A stretch of 64,000 nt of DNA, from positions 1 to 64,000 of the IMG/VR virus record IMGVR_UViG_3300046723_000260; one strand, given 5' to 3'. Under the pieces are notes generated by a model. The model made no database searches and was not told the origin of the DNA. It worked only from the letters and a program-made list of their open reading frames with translations. Shown piece by piece: positions 53,093 through 62,506 of the stretch. The number at the start of each line of letters is the position of its first letter. The stretch's first letter is position 1. The position numbers were made by a program, and so were the translations under genes. Origin of the DNA: a virus.

Positions 53093-56000
53093 TGGCATTG
53101 CCGACGACGATCACTGGAATCAGTACGGCGGCCGCTTGTGCGGGTCCATTTATTTCGAGCGGCGGGAATGTCTATTTCTTCGGCGTTGATGGAACGACCG
53201 CCACAACATTGCAGGCTTACAAAGCAACTGACCCGACGAGTTCGTTTTCCTCGATAGCGACGTGCGACGGATCGACCATCGTCACGACCAGCATCAACGT
53301 AATTAGTGCTTTTCAAGTCGGGGACACGATCCACATTTGCTTCGGGGGTCAGGCTTCTTCGACAACGGCCGGTTTTGGATATTGTGCTTTCGACATGTCA
53401 TCCGACGCCTTCTCTGTTTCCACGCCGGAAGGCCCCGCTCACAGCAGTTTGGACACAAGAACGTCAGGCGGAACTCTACAATTCGGAATATCCTGCATCG
53501 TCCGCTCCGGCGGCGAGGTTGTCGCCTTCTTCAGCGGTGCTCGCGTTGCCTCGATGGGCAACAGTTGGGCGCAGACTTACTACTCCCGGCGCACCGGAGT
53601 AAACACATGGTCTGCGAACACGCAGGTCAGTGCAGGCGGCGCAATAGACTTTACATTGCCGGAAGCGCTGTTGGGAGCATCTGATGAATTGCACTTTTGC
53701 TATGCGGCGAGCAGTGGAAATATATTCAGACAAAGGGCGCTAACGTCTGGAAATTCGTTGCAAACTGAGGGAAGCGTCTCCTTGGCAGTAACCGAAACCC
53801 AAGGAAATTCCTACGACCAGTCTGGAACAAGAAAGGTCATCGTCGCTGCTGGGACAAGCACGACCTCGAATGTCTATTTTGACGGTGGGAACACACCGAC
53901 GCTCAATACCTCCAACGGCGGCGATGGCACGTTCTCTATTCCTGAGAGGGTTTTTCATGATGGAACGACCGCATATTTGGTGGTGCGCCGGACGACCACG
54001 ACCGGTCTTGCCATCATAAGCTCCACAGACGGCGGGGCAACTTGGTCTGCGATCACGAACATATTTAGCGCCAGCATCACTCAGGCAGACTCCAACCTGT
54101 CCATCGATGGCAACGTCTTCACTCGCGGTTCCTCTGTCGTCATTCCCTATGTCGTCAATGACGGCGGCACGTTGAAGTACAACGAGTATTTGATCCGGTC
54201 GCTCGCCAGCCCGAGCGGCTGGAACGATCAATGGCCGCGCGCGCTTCCGATCGTCGCGAGAAACCGCCAGCGAGCCTCCGCGTTCCTTCGCGGCGACGAC
54301 GGCATCTACAACGTGATGGCGCCGCCTCCCGCCGCGCCGCCGTTCGGGTACGATCCGCCGCCGGTCCATCACCGCAAGCCGTACAACCGCGCGGCCGCGG
54401 GCATGCGCGGCAGCGACGGCACCGACGCGCCGAAGATCAACTTCTTCGACCACGGATTCCCGGTGCAGCCGCCGCAGCCTCCCCGCCGGCCGCCGACTCG
54501 ATCCGCCGCCGCGATCATGCCGAGCGTCAACGTCGACGCGGTCTTCCAGAGCTGGCGCAACGCCGGGTGGGAAGTGCAAGCGCCGCAACCTCCGCATCGC
54601 CGCCCGGAGCGCGGCGCCGCGATCTTGGAAGGAGACGACGGCACCGAAGCCCCGTTCGTTCCGCCATTCTCGCCGCCGCCGCCGCTCGACATGCCGACCC
54701 AGCTCCGCGCGAGGCCGATCAGGCTCGTCGACAAGGCGCAGCAAGACCCGCAGGCCGCGTTCCAGAACTTCGTCGGCTTCGGCTTCGAGGTCGCGCCGCC
54801 CGTGGCGAAGGGCAAGCGCACGGTGACCGTCGACGACGCGTCGCTCGATCCGCAGAACGCGTTCCAGTTCTTCCGCGACGCCGGGTTCGTCGCGACCTTC
54901 CCGCAGCCGCCGCACCCGAGGCCTGAAAGGTTCGGCGCGATCGCCCGAGGCAGCGACGGCACCGAGGGGCGCTTCCAATTCTGGATCAACGACGGCTGGG
55001 AGATCGCCCCGCACCAGCCCGGCCATCCGCGGCGCGAGCGGGCCGGCGCGATCCTCGAAGGCGACGACGGGAACGAGGGCGTCTTCGCGCAGTTCGTCCC
55101 GCTCGGCTGGCCGGTCCAAGATCCGCAGCCCCGGCATCCGAGGCCGGAGCGCGCCGCCGCCGCGATGACCGGCGACGACGGGATCCAGGCGACGTTCACG
55201 CTGACCGCGGCTCAGCCCGTCCTCTTCGAGCCGACGTTGCCGACGGTCAAGGCGCGGCCGAGGATCACGGCGGACGACGCGTCGCTCGATCCGCAGCAGC
55301 CCTACGCCGCGTTCTTCCCGCTCGGCTTCCAGGTCCAGGACTGGCAACCGCCGCATCCCCGTCCCGAGCGCGCCGCGGCGACGTTGGAGGGCGACGACGG
55401 AATCGAGGGGACGTTCGTCCTGACCGCGGCGCAGCCGACGCTGTTCGAGCCGGCGCTGCCGACGCTCCGCGCCCGCCCGAGGATCACCGTCGACGACGCC
55501 TCGGTCGACCCGCAGCAGCCGTTCGCGCAGTTCTTCGCGATGGGGTTCGAGCCGACGCAGTCGCAGCCGCTCCACCCGCGCCGCGAGAAGGCCGGGGCCG
55601 CGATGCGCGGCGACGACGGCTCGGCCGGCGTCTATCAGTTCTGGCGCAACTCCGGCTGGGAGGTTCAGCCTCCGCAGCCGCCCCATCCCCGGCCCGAGCG
55701 TTCGGGCGCGCTCGCCCGCGGCGAGGACGGCACCGAGGGCGTCCAGATCAACTTCGTCGCGCACGGCTGGCCGACTCAACACGTCCAGCCGCCTCACCCG
55801 CGCCCGGAGCGCGCTGCCGCGGTCATGCTCGGCGACGACGGCGACCAGGCGGTCTACCAGCCGACCTTCACGCCGGCGTGGTGGGAGGTCCAGACCCCGA
55901 TGCTGCGGCGCCGCCCGCCGCTGACGGTGGACGACGCCTCGCTCGACCCTCTCAACGCGTTCCAGGCGTTCGCCGCGATGGGATTCGAGCCGGCGCTGCC

Positions 56001-57480
56001 GCTGGTCCGCGTCCGGCGCCGCGTGCTGTCGGACAGGTGGACGTACGACCCGCTCCAGCCGTTCGCGCGGTTCTTCGACGCCGGCTTCTCGCCGACCTAT
56101 CCGCAGCCGCCGCACCCTCGACCGGAGAGGGGAGCGGCGATCCTGGAGGGCGACGACGGCTCGGAGGGCACGTTCACGGCGTGGCGGAACGCCGGGTGGG
56201 AGGTGCAACCTCCTCAACCCCCGCACCCCCGCCGCGAGCGCGCGGGCTCGATCGCGCGGGGGCTCGACGGGACCGATTCGCCGTTCGCGCAGTTCGTCAA
56301 CCACGGCTGGCCGATCCAGCCGCCGCAGCCTCCCCATCCGCGCCCGGAGCGCGCCGGCGCGTTGTTCGGGGGCGACCCTGGCAACGAGGCGGCCTTCGCG
56401 CAATTCTTCGCCCACGGCTTCCCCGTCCAGCCTGTGCAGCCTCCCCACCCTCGACCGGAGCGGGGCGGGGCGATCATGCGGGGGGACGACGGGACCCAGG
56501 CGATCTTCCAGTTCATCGTGACGCCGATCTCGGTGTTCGAGACGACCCCGCCGCTGCTGCCGCGCCCGACCGGATGGCGGGCCGCGGCGCTGATGCGCGG
56601 AGACGACGGCACGCAGGCGACCTTCGCCCGGTTCTTCGACCACGGCTGGGCGGTCCAGCACCCGCAGCCTCCGCACCCGCGGCGCGAGCGATGGGCCGGG
56701 CTGATCCAGGGCGACGTCGAGCCGCACTTCCGGTGGCTGCCGTGGCCGTACCTCGGGTTCGAGCCGACGCCGCCGCTCGCCGCGTTCCGGCGCCATCCGG
56801 GCGGGGCGATCGCGCAGGGCTCGTTCGTCGAGGCGGTCCTGGTGCAGGCCGCGGTCGCGTTCGGCTGGCAGATGGTCGACGCGCAGCTTCGCCGGCCGCC
56901 GACGCGGCGCGGCGCGGCGCTCCGGATCGACGACGTGATCTCGCGGCTCCTCGCGACGCCGACGCACGGCTGGCCGGTCCAGCCTTGGCAGCCGCCGCGG
57001 CCGAGGTGGTGGCGCGCGGGTTCGACCGCCGCGGGCGACCAGGGGACGCAGCGCCCGTTCGCGCTTTGGCGCAACGACGGATGGGAGGTCGCGCCGCCGA
57101 TGCTGCGCCGGCCGCCGCGCCGCGAGCGGTTCGCCGTCCCCGACGTCTTCAGCCCGGCGGTCGCGCCGCCGGCGTTCACCTGGCAAGGCGAGATGCCGTT
57201 CCAGCCGCCGCACCCGCGGCGCGCGCTCGACGACCGCTCGTGGGCCTGGCAGGGCTGGCTGATCCGGAGGCGCGCGCACGTCGCGAAGTGCCTCGCGTTC
57301 GACGAGGCGGTCTGGGAGTCCGAGCCGACGAGCGTGAGCGTCGCGAAGTGCTTTGCCTCTGACGCCGCGGCGTGGCAATCGGAGCCCGCGGCCGCCCGAG
57401 GCTTCGAGTCCATCTGCATCGACAGTGCGGTATGGTCGTGCCAAGCCTCCGATTCTGGACCGGAGCCAGACGACGCATGA
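53092..57480 (+). CDS. Large virion-associated protein: N-terminal beta-propeller (BNR) + long Pro-rich tandem repeats
   Basis: SSTDGGATWS Asp-box; about 13 GW.VQPPQPPHPRPER.GA...GDDG units. Confidence 0.75.
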   Translation: MALPTTITGISTAAACAGPFISSGGNVYFFGVDGTTATTLQAYKATDPTSSFSSIATCDGSTIVTTSINVISAFQVGDTIHICFGGQASSTTAGFGYCAFDMSSDAFSVSTPEGPAHSSLDTRTSGGTLQFGISCIVRSGGEVVAFFSGARVASMGNSWAQTYYSRRTGVNTWSANTQVSAGGAIDFTLPEALLGASDELHFCYAASSGNIFRQRALTSGNSLQTEGSVSLAVTETQGNSYDQSGTRKVIVAAGTSTTSNVYFDGGNTPTLNTSNGGDGTFSIPERVFHDGTTAYLVVRRTTTTGLAIISSTDGGATWSAITNIFSASITQADSNLSIDGNVFTRGSSVVIPYVVNDGGTLKYNEYLIRSLASPSGWNDQWPRALPIVARNRQRASAFLRGDDGIYNVMAPPPAAPPFGYDPPPVHHRKPYNRAAAGMRGSDGTDAPKINFFDHGFPVQPPQPPRRPPTRSAAAIMPSVNVDAVFQSWRNAGWEVQAPQPPHRRPERGAAILEGDDGTEAPFVPPFSPPPPLDMPTQLRARPIRLVDKAQQDPQAAFQNFVGFGFEVAPPVAKGKRTVTVDDASLDPQNAFQFFRDAGFVATFPQPPHPRPERFGAIARGSDGTEGRFQFWINDGWEIAPHQPGHPRRERAGAILEGDDGNEGVFAQFVPLGWPVQDPQPRHPRPERAAAAMTGDDGIQATFTLTAAQPVLFEPTLPTVKARPRITADDASLDPQQPYAAFFPLGFQVQDWQPPHPRPERAAATLEGDDGIEGTFVLTAAQPTLFEPALPTLRARPRITVDDASVDPQQPFAQFFAMGFEPTQSQPLHPRREKAGAAMRGDDGSAGVYQFWRNSGWEVQPPQPPHPRPERSGALARGEDGTEGVQINFVAHGWPTQHVQPPHPRPERAAAVMLGDDGDQAVYQPTFTPAWWEVQTPMLRRRPPLTVDDASLDPLNAFQAFAAMGFEPALPLVRVRRRVLSDRWTYDPLQPFARFFDAGFSPTYPQPPHPRPERGAAILEGDDGSEGTFTAWRNAGWEVQPPQPPHPRRERAGSIARGLDGTDSPFAQFVNHGWPIQPPQPPHPRPERAGALFGGDPGNEAAFAQFFAHGFPVQPVQPPHPRPERGGAIMRGDDGTQAIFQFIVTPISVFETTPPLLPRPTGWRAAALMRGDDGTQATFARFFDHGWAVQHPQPPHPRRERWAGLIQGDVEPHFRWLPWPYLGFEPTPPLAAFRRHPGGAIAQGSFVEAVLVQAAVAFGWQMVDAQLRRPPTRRGAALRIDDVISRLLATPTHGWPVQPWQPPRPRWWRAGSTAAGDQGTQRPFALWRNDGWEVAPPMLRRPPRRERFAVPDVFSPAVAPPAFTWQGEMPFQPPHPRRALDDRSWAWQGWLIRRRAHVAKCLAFDEAVWESEPTSVSVAKCFASDAAAWQSEPAAARGFESICIDSAVWSCQASDSGPEPDDA
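54400..57240 (+). repeat. Degenerate coding tandem repeats (~35 aa period)
   Basis: Recurrent HPR(P/R)ER and TVDDASLDPQ units. Confidence 0.75.
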
Positions 57481-57770
57481 ACACCTACCAGATCGACACC
57501 TCGATCAAGCTGCAGGGCATCTTCGTCGACGACGTCGGCCTGACCGCCGACCCGACGACGATCGCGCTGTTCGTCCGGCCTCCCGCCGGCGCGGTGCGGA
57601 CGTTCAACTTCCCGGCGGACGTCACGAAGGACCGCACCGGCGTCTACTCGATCGTCATCACGCCGGAGATCTCCGGGCAGTGGACTTACCAATGGCAGGG
57701 CGCCGGGGCGGTGGTCGCGACCTCGCCCGAGACGCCGTTCAAGATCGCGCCGACGACGCTGATCTCGTGA
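57477..57770 (+). CDS. Small Ig/BppU-like virion protein
   Basis: DPTT....V..P.G, TGVY...TP..SG.W.Y.W.G.G. Confidence 0.6.
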   Translation: MNTYQIDTSIKLQGIFVDDVGLTADPTTIALFVRPPAGAVRTFNFPADVTKDRTGVYSIVITPEISGQWTYQWQGAGAVVATSPETPFKIAPTTLIS

Positions 57771-57801
57771 CCGGCGAGGGAATCGGTGCTATCCATCGGC
57801 G

Positions 57802-57984
57802 ATGGGCCGGCTGAAATTCCTTCGGCGGTGGTTGCGGAGCGGGGTTTGCTACTCGCTCGTCGCCGCGCCGTGGCTCGCCGCCCCGATCGAGCGGTTCGCG
57901 CCCGGCGTCTATCCGTTCGGCCGCGAGCCCGTCCCGACCGACGAGGATCGCAAGCGCAGGCAGCGCGGCGCGGCGCGAACATGA
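57802..57984 (+). CDS. Small hypothetical
   Basis: ATGA coupling to the protease gene. Confidence 0.3.
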   Translation: MGRLKFLRRWLRSGVCYSLVAAPWLAAPIERFAPGVYPFGREPVPTDEDRKRRQRGAART

Positions 57985-60194
57985 TCACGAACCCGAGCTC
58001 CGGACCTCCCGCCGGCCTCCGCAAGCTGGTCGACGACATGCGCCAGCGCGGCATCGCCGACGACATGACGCCGGAGGACTGGGCGGCGATGCGGCGCGGC
58101 TTCAGCCAGTGGATGAGCGAGGAGGAGCGCGAGGGGGAGGAGCACGGCGAGGACGCCGAGTTCAAGGAATCGGATCACCCGCGCGACAACACCGGAAAGT
58201 TCGGATCGGGCGGCGGCGGCAAGACGTCGAGCAAGGATCCTGCCAGGGAGGGCCGGATCGCCGCCGGCTTCAAGGGCGGCACGCCCGGCGAGCAGGGCGA
58301 GATCGCGGCGAAGACCGACGCGGCGGCGGTCGAGCATTCCAAGAAGGCCGGGCTGGCGATCATCAAGCGGATCAAGCGCGACTCGTTCCTCGGCAAGTAC
58401 GCCAGCTCGGACGACGAGTACGGCAACGACCCGTTCACGGTCAGGAAGGACGGCTCGGTCGAGGTCTCGATGCGCGACGTCGGCCAGTGGGTCAACCCGC
58501 CCGGCAAGGAGCGCGAGGAGGACTACGACTGGAAGGTCCCGACCAAGGAAACCGAGGCCAAGGTCAAGGCGGCGGTCGCGTCGATGGAGAAGGAGCTCGG
58601 CGTCAAGATCAGCGTGAGCGGCGGCGAGAAGAGCTACACGTATTTCCGGATCTCCGCGCCGAAGGCCGGCGATGAGTCGGTGGCGACTGATTCGGCCCTT
58701 CGCCTCGCGCTCGACCGCGAATCGATCCGCGAGAAGTCGAAGGACGGGCACCTCCACGTCGCCCGCACGCCGATCTCGAAGGCGACCGTCAACCCGTACC
58801 GCGGCGCGGAGATTCCGAACTGCGAGGAGCTCGGCCTCGACCCCGAGGAGATCTACTACCTGCTGCGCGATCCGGACGAGCTGGCGAAGGCCGCGGCGAG
58901 CTTCAACGGCAAGCCTTTGCTGCGTAAACACGTGCCCGTCAGCGCCGAGGACCACGCCGCGCACGACACCATCGGCGCGGTGATGAACGACGCCGCGTTC
59001 GAGGATCCGTACCTCAAGGCGAGCCTCTCGGTTTGGCCGCAGGACGACATCGACGACATCGAGTCGGAGGCGAAGAAGGAGCTGTCGAGCGGCTACCACT
59101 ACCGCGCCGAGATGACTCCCGGAAATTTCCGTGGTATGCGCTACGACGGGGTGATGAGGGACATCGTTGGAAACCACGTCGCCCTGGTGAAAGATGGACG
59201 CGCCGGCCCGGACGTCGTGGTCGGTGACAGCATGGAGAGCCTCATGGCCAAGCCGACCCGTTTCGCCGCCCTCACCCTCGGCCTGGTCGCCGCCAACGTC
59301 GCACCGCTGATCGCCAAAGACTCGAAGATCGAGCTGCCGAAAGGCCTGTTCTCTTCGATCACCACCAAGAACTTCCAGACGAAAAGGACCGAGCTGCTCG
59401 GCGGCGTCCGCGCCGCGCTCGACGGCAAGCTCCGCAAGGGCCTCGCGCTCGACGCCAGCATGGAGCAGGTCGGCAAGGTGATGGACAACGTCGCCGGGCT
59501 GTTCGGCGAGAAGGGCGGCGACGAATCGGTCTCCGAGGAGCAGCACAACGCGATGGAGGCCGCGGCCCACGGCGAGAGCAACCTCGGCATCCCGAAGAGC
59601 GTCGGCGAGGAGTTCGAGAAGGCCGACAAGGGCAAGTCGTTCGACGCCGAGCCGTTGAAGAACTTCCTGCGCGAGAAGGGCATGGGCGAGGACGACATCA
59701 AGGCGGCGTTCGACATGCTGCCGAAGCCCGGCACGGACGCGTCCGAGGAGGAGCAGGCCGAGAAGACCGAGGAGGAGAAAAAGGCCGCGGTCAGCGAGGC
59801 CGTCGAGAAGGAGCGCAAAGCTATGGACGAGAAACTCAAGGGCATGGTCACGAAGACCGCGATGGACGAGGCGATCAAGGCCGCCGCGAAGACCACGCGC
59901 GAGACCGAGCGCGGCATCCGCGCCGCCCTGGACTTCGTCCGCCCCTACGTCGGCGAGCTCGCCTCGTCGCTGGCGCTCGACAGCGCCGACGACGTCTACC
60001 GCCACGCCGCGGTGGCGATGAAGATCGACGGCGCGAAGGACATCCACCCGTCGGCGCTGCCGACGCTGATCAAGATGCTGCCGAAGCCCGGCGCGCGCCA
60101 GACCGAGCACACCTCGATCGCGCAGGACGAGGCGACGGTGACCGACTTCGAGAAACGCTTCCCGAACGCCACCCGGATCCAGCCCGGCGCCTGA
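57981..60194 (+). CDS. DUF2213 prohead protease/scaffold with N-terminal cargo extension
   Basis: ISKA.VNPY.G.EIP, L.R.P.EL, ELSSGY and YDG.MRDI.GNHVALV..GRAG.DV.V.D motifs; acidic scaffold C-terminus. Confidence 0.9.
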   Translation: MITNPSSGPPAGLRKLVDDMRQRGIADDMTPEDWAAMRRGFSQWMSEEEREGEEHGEDAEFKESDHPRDNTGKFGSGGGGKTSSKDPAREGRIAAGFKGGTPGEQGEIAAKTDAAAVEHSKKAGLAIIKRIKRDSFLGKYASSDDEYGNDPFTVRKDGSVEVSMRDVGQWVNPPGKEREEDYDWKVPTKETEAKVKAAVASMEKELGVKISVSGGEKSYTYFRISAPKAGDESVATDSALRLALDRESIREKSKDGHLHVARTPISKATVNPYRGAEIPNCEELGLDPEEIYYLLRDPDELAKAAASFNGKPLLRKHVPVSAEDHAAHDTIGAVMNDAAFEDPYLKASLSVWPQDDIDDIESEAKKELSSGYHYRAEMTPGNFRGMRYDGVMRDIVGNHVALVKDGRAGPDVVVGDSMESLMAKPTRFAALTLGLVAANVAPLIAKDSKIELPKGLFSSITTKNFQTKRTELLGGVRAALDGKLRKGLALDASMEQVGKVMDNVAGLFGEKGGDESVSEEQHNAMEAAAHGESNLGIPKSVGEEFEKADKGKSFDAEPLKNFLREKGMGEDDIKAAFDMLPKPGTDASEEEQAEKTEEEKKAAVSEAVEKERKAMDEKLKGMVTKTAMDEAIKAAAKTTRETERGIRAALDFVRPYVGELASSLALDSADDVYRHAAVAMKIDGAKDIHPSALPTLIKMLPKPGARQTEHTSIAQDEATVTDFEKRFPNATRIQPGA

Positions 60195-60240
60195 ACCGGC
60201 CTGAACGCGAACCCGTAAGACCTCTGAGGAGAGCCAAGAC

Positions 60241-61209
60241 ATGAGCGGCACCGGCGGCTTCCAAACGCAAGTCACTTCGCAGCCCGCACCGGCGGTCGCC
60301 GGCGACTTCGCCAGCCAGAACCCGTACTTCTCGTACGACGCGGGCGACGGCGGCCTCGTCGCGGGATCGGCCGGCGTCACGATCGGCCGCTTCGCGTGGG
60401 TCTACCCGCCGCTCGACAGCGACAACGCCCCGCAGGTCGCGCTCAACAGCGGCTGGGGTCCGGTCACGGGCTTCGTGCACCGCGAGCAGCAGGGCCTGAT
60501 CACGAACTTCCTCGGCTTCGCCGGCATGGTGATCCCGAAGGGCTTCCAGATGACGCTGATGAACGGCGGCGACTTCTGGGTGGTCAACGACGGCTCGACG
60601 ACGGCGCAGATGGGCCAGAAGGCGTTCGCGAACCTCAACACCGGCCAGGTCTCGTTCGGCACGGCGGGCTCGCCGCCGAGCAGCGCGACCGACTCCGGCG
60701 GCGCGGTGGTCAACACCACGCTGACCCTGGTCGGCGGCGTCGTCGACAACGTCCTGACCGTCGCCTCGGTCTCGGCCGGCGTCGTCTACCCGGGAGCGGT
60801 CCTGAGCTCGAACGCGGTCGGCGTCGTCCAGCCGTACGGCTCGGGCGGCACGACCGGCACCGGCGGCGCGGGCACCTACCTGCTCAGCATCGGCGAGCAG
60901 ACCGTCGCGGCGGGCACCACGATCGGCGGCAACTACGGCGTCTACACCGTGGGAACCGCCACCGGCACGTTCACGGTCGGCATGCTGCTCACCGGCGGCA
61001 CGACGCTGCCGACCGTCCCGCCCCCGGCCCTGACGGTCCTGATCTCGGGCACCGGCGGCAACGGCTCGACGTTCGCGACCTCCGGCGGAGCCGTCGCGCA
61101 GACCTCCCACGCCCTCGTGGGCAGCTCCTCGGTCGAGACGAAATGGTACGCGATGTCGCAAGGCATCGCGGGCGAGCTGATCAAGATCAGCGACCACCCG
61201 ACCGGCTGA
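60241..61209 (+). CDS. Head decoration/cement protein with internal insertion
   Basis: FQ..V..QPA.AVAGDFAS.NP, GRFAW, GFVHREQQ, GDFW and ETKW...GEL.KIS. Confidence 0.8.
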   Translation: MSGTGGFQTQVTSQPAPAVAGDFASQNPYFSYDAGDGGLVAGSAGVTIGRFAWVYPPLDSDNAPQVALNSGWGPVTGFVHREQQGLITNFLGFAGMVIPKGFQMTLMNGGDFWVVNDGSTTAQMGQKAFANLNTGQVSFGTAGSPPSSATDSGGAVVNTTLTLVGGVVDNVLTVASVSAGVVYPGAVLSSNAVGVVQPYGSGGTTGTGGAGTYLLSIGEQTVAAGTTIGGNYGVYTVGTATGTFTVGMLLTGGTTLPTVPPPALTVLISGTGGNGSTFATSGGAVAQTSHALVGSSSVETKWYAMSQGIAGELIKISDHPTG

Positions 61210-61258
61210 CCGGCGTAGGACAACTCGGCCCAGAGAACACATCGCACAGGAGCCCACG

Positions 61259-62353
61259 ATGAACCTCCAAGAAGCCCGCGCCCAGTTCCAGGCCGACAAG
61301 CCGATGCTGGCGGCGCGCGGCGTCGTCCTTCCGGGCGTCGACCGCTACCTCACGCCGGCGGAGAAGGCGGACTTCCGGATCGCGATGGACGCCATCCCGG
61401 GCCTCGCCACCGACCCGTCCTCGGCGATCCCGGCGATCCTGACCACCGCGATCGACCCGCAGGTCATCCACGTGGTGTTCTCGCCGCTGGCCTTCGGCAA
61501 GATCCTCGGCGAGCAGAAGCGCGGCGACTGGCTCGAGGAAACCCGGATGTTCCCGGTCGTCGAGATGACCGGCGAGGTGTCGAGCTACGGCGACTTCAAC
61601 AACAACGGCCGCGCCGGCATCAACATGAACTGGCCGCAGTTCCAGTCGTACCTGTTCCAGACCTTCGTGCGCTACGGCGAGCGCGAGCTGGAGCGGGCCG
61701 GCCTCGGCAAGATCAACTACGTCAGCGAGCTCGACATCGCGGCGGCCTCGCTCCTCAACCGCTTCCAGAACCTGACCTACGCCTTCGGCGTCCAGACGCT
61801 GCAGAACTACGGGATCATCAACAACCCGTACCTGTCGGCGTACCTGACGCCGGCGACCAAGGCGGCGGGCGGCACGGCCTGGTTCACCGCGGGCGGCTCG
61901 CCGAACGCGACGGCGAACGAGGTCTACAACGACGTCGTCGCGCTGTGGCAGCAGGTCATCGCGCAGACGCAGGGCGCGGTCGACATGAACCAGAAGGCGA
62001 CGCTCGCGCTGTCGCCGCAGAGCGCGCTCGCGACCAAGTTCGCGAACTCGTTCGGCGTCTACGTCTCCGAGCTGCTGAAGACCGGCTTCCCGAACATGAA
62101 GGTCGAGCAGGCTCCGCAGTACGGCACGCAGACCGCGACCAACCCGCAGGGCGCCTCGACCGCGGGCAACGTCGTGCAGCTCATCCTCGACGACGTCGAC
62201 GGCCAGCAGGTCGCCTACGCCGCGTTCAACGAGAAGCTGCGCGCGCACAAGATCATCCCGGAGCCGTCGGCCTGGCAGCAGAAGAAGACCAGCGGCTCGT
62301 GGGGAACGATCACGCGGATGCCGGTCGGCATCTCGCAGATGATCGGCATCTAG
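61259..62353 (+). CDS. Major capsid protein (DUF2184-type)
   Basis: AMDA, GE.K.GDW, SYGD, QSY.FQT...YGERE, EKLRAH and QKK..G.WG. Confidence 0.9.
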   Translation: MNLQEARAQFQADKPMLAARGVVLPGVDRYLTPAEKADFRIAMDAIPGLATDPSSAIPAILTTAIDPQVIHVVFSPLAFGKILGEQKRGDWLEETRMFPVVEMTGEVSSYGDFNNNGRAGINMNWPQFQSYLFQTFVRYGERELERAGLGKINYVSELDIAAASLLNRFQNLTYAFGVQTLQNYGIINNPYLSAYLTPATKAAGGTAWFTAGGSPNATANEVYNDVVALWQQVIAQTQGAVDMNQKATLALSPQSALATKFANSFGVYVSELLKTGFPNMKVEQAPQYGTQTATNPQGASTAGNVVQLILDDVDGQQVAYAAFNEKLRAHKIIPEPSAWQQKKTSGSWGTITRMPVGISQMIGI

Positions 62354-62506
62354 GAAATACCTGGAGGGGCTCGGCACGACTCGCGAGGTCTCCGGCGCGG
62401 ACTTATAGGGGTCCGCCGAACCGGGCGACACCGCCGCCCACGAAGGGCGGACAGGACGTCCGGGGAAGGTTCTGAGAACCGGCCCCGTAGCTTTGAGGAG
62501 AGACTG

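Noticed and set aside
54400-57240. Possible CRISPR array or DGR template/variable repeats
   Set aside because: The repeats are degenerate at synonymous positions and in frame, so they are protein repeats. No constant repeat-spacer structure and no reverse transcriptase were seen.
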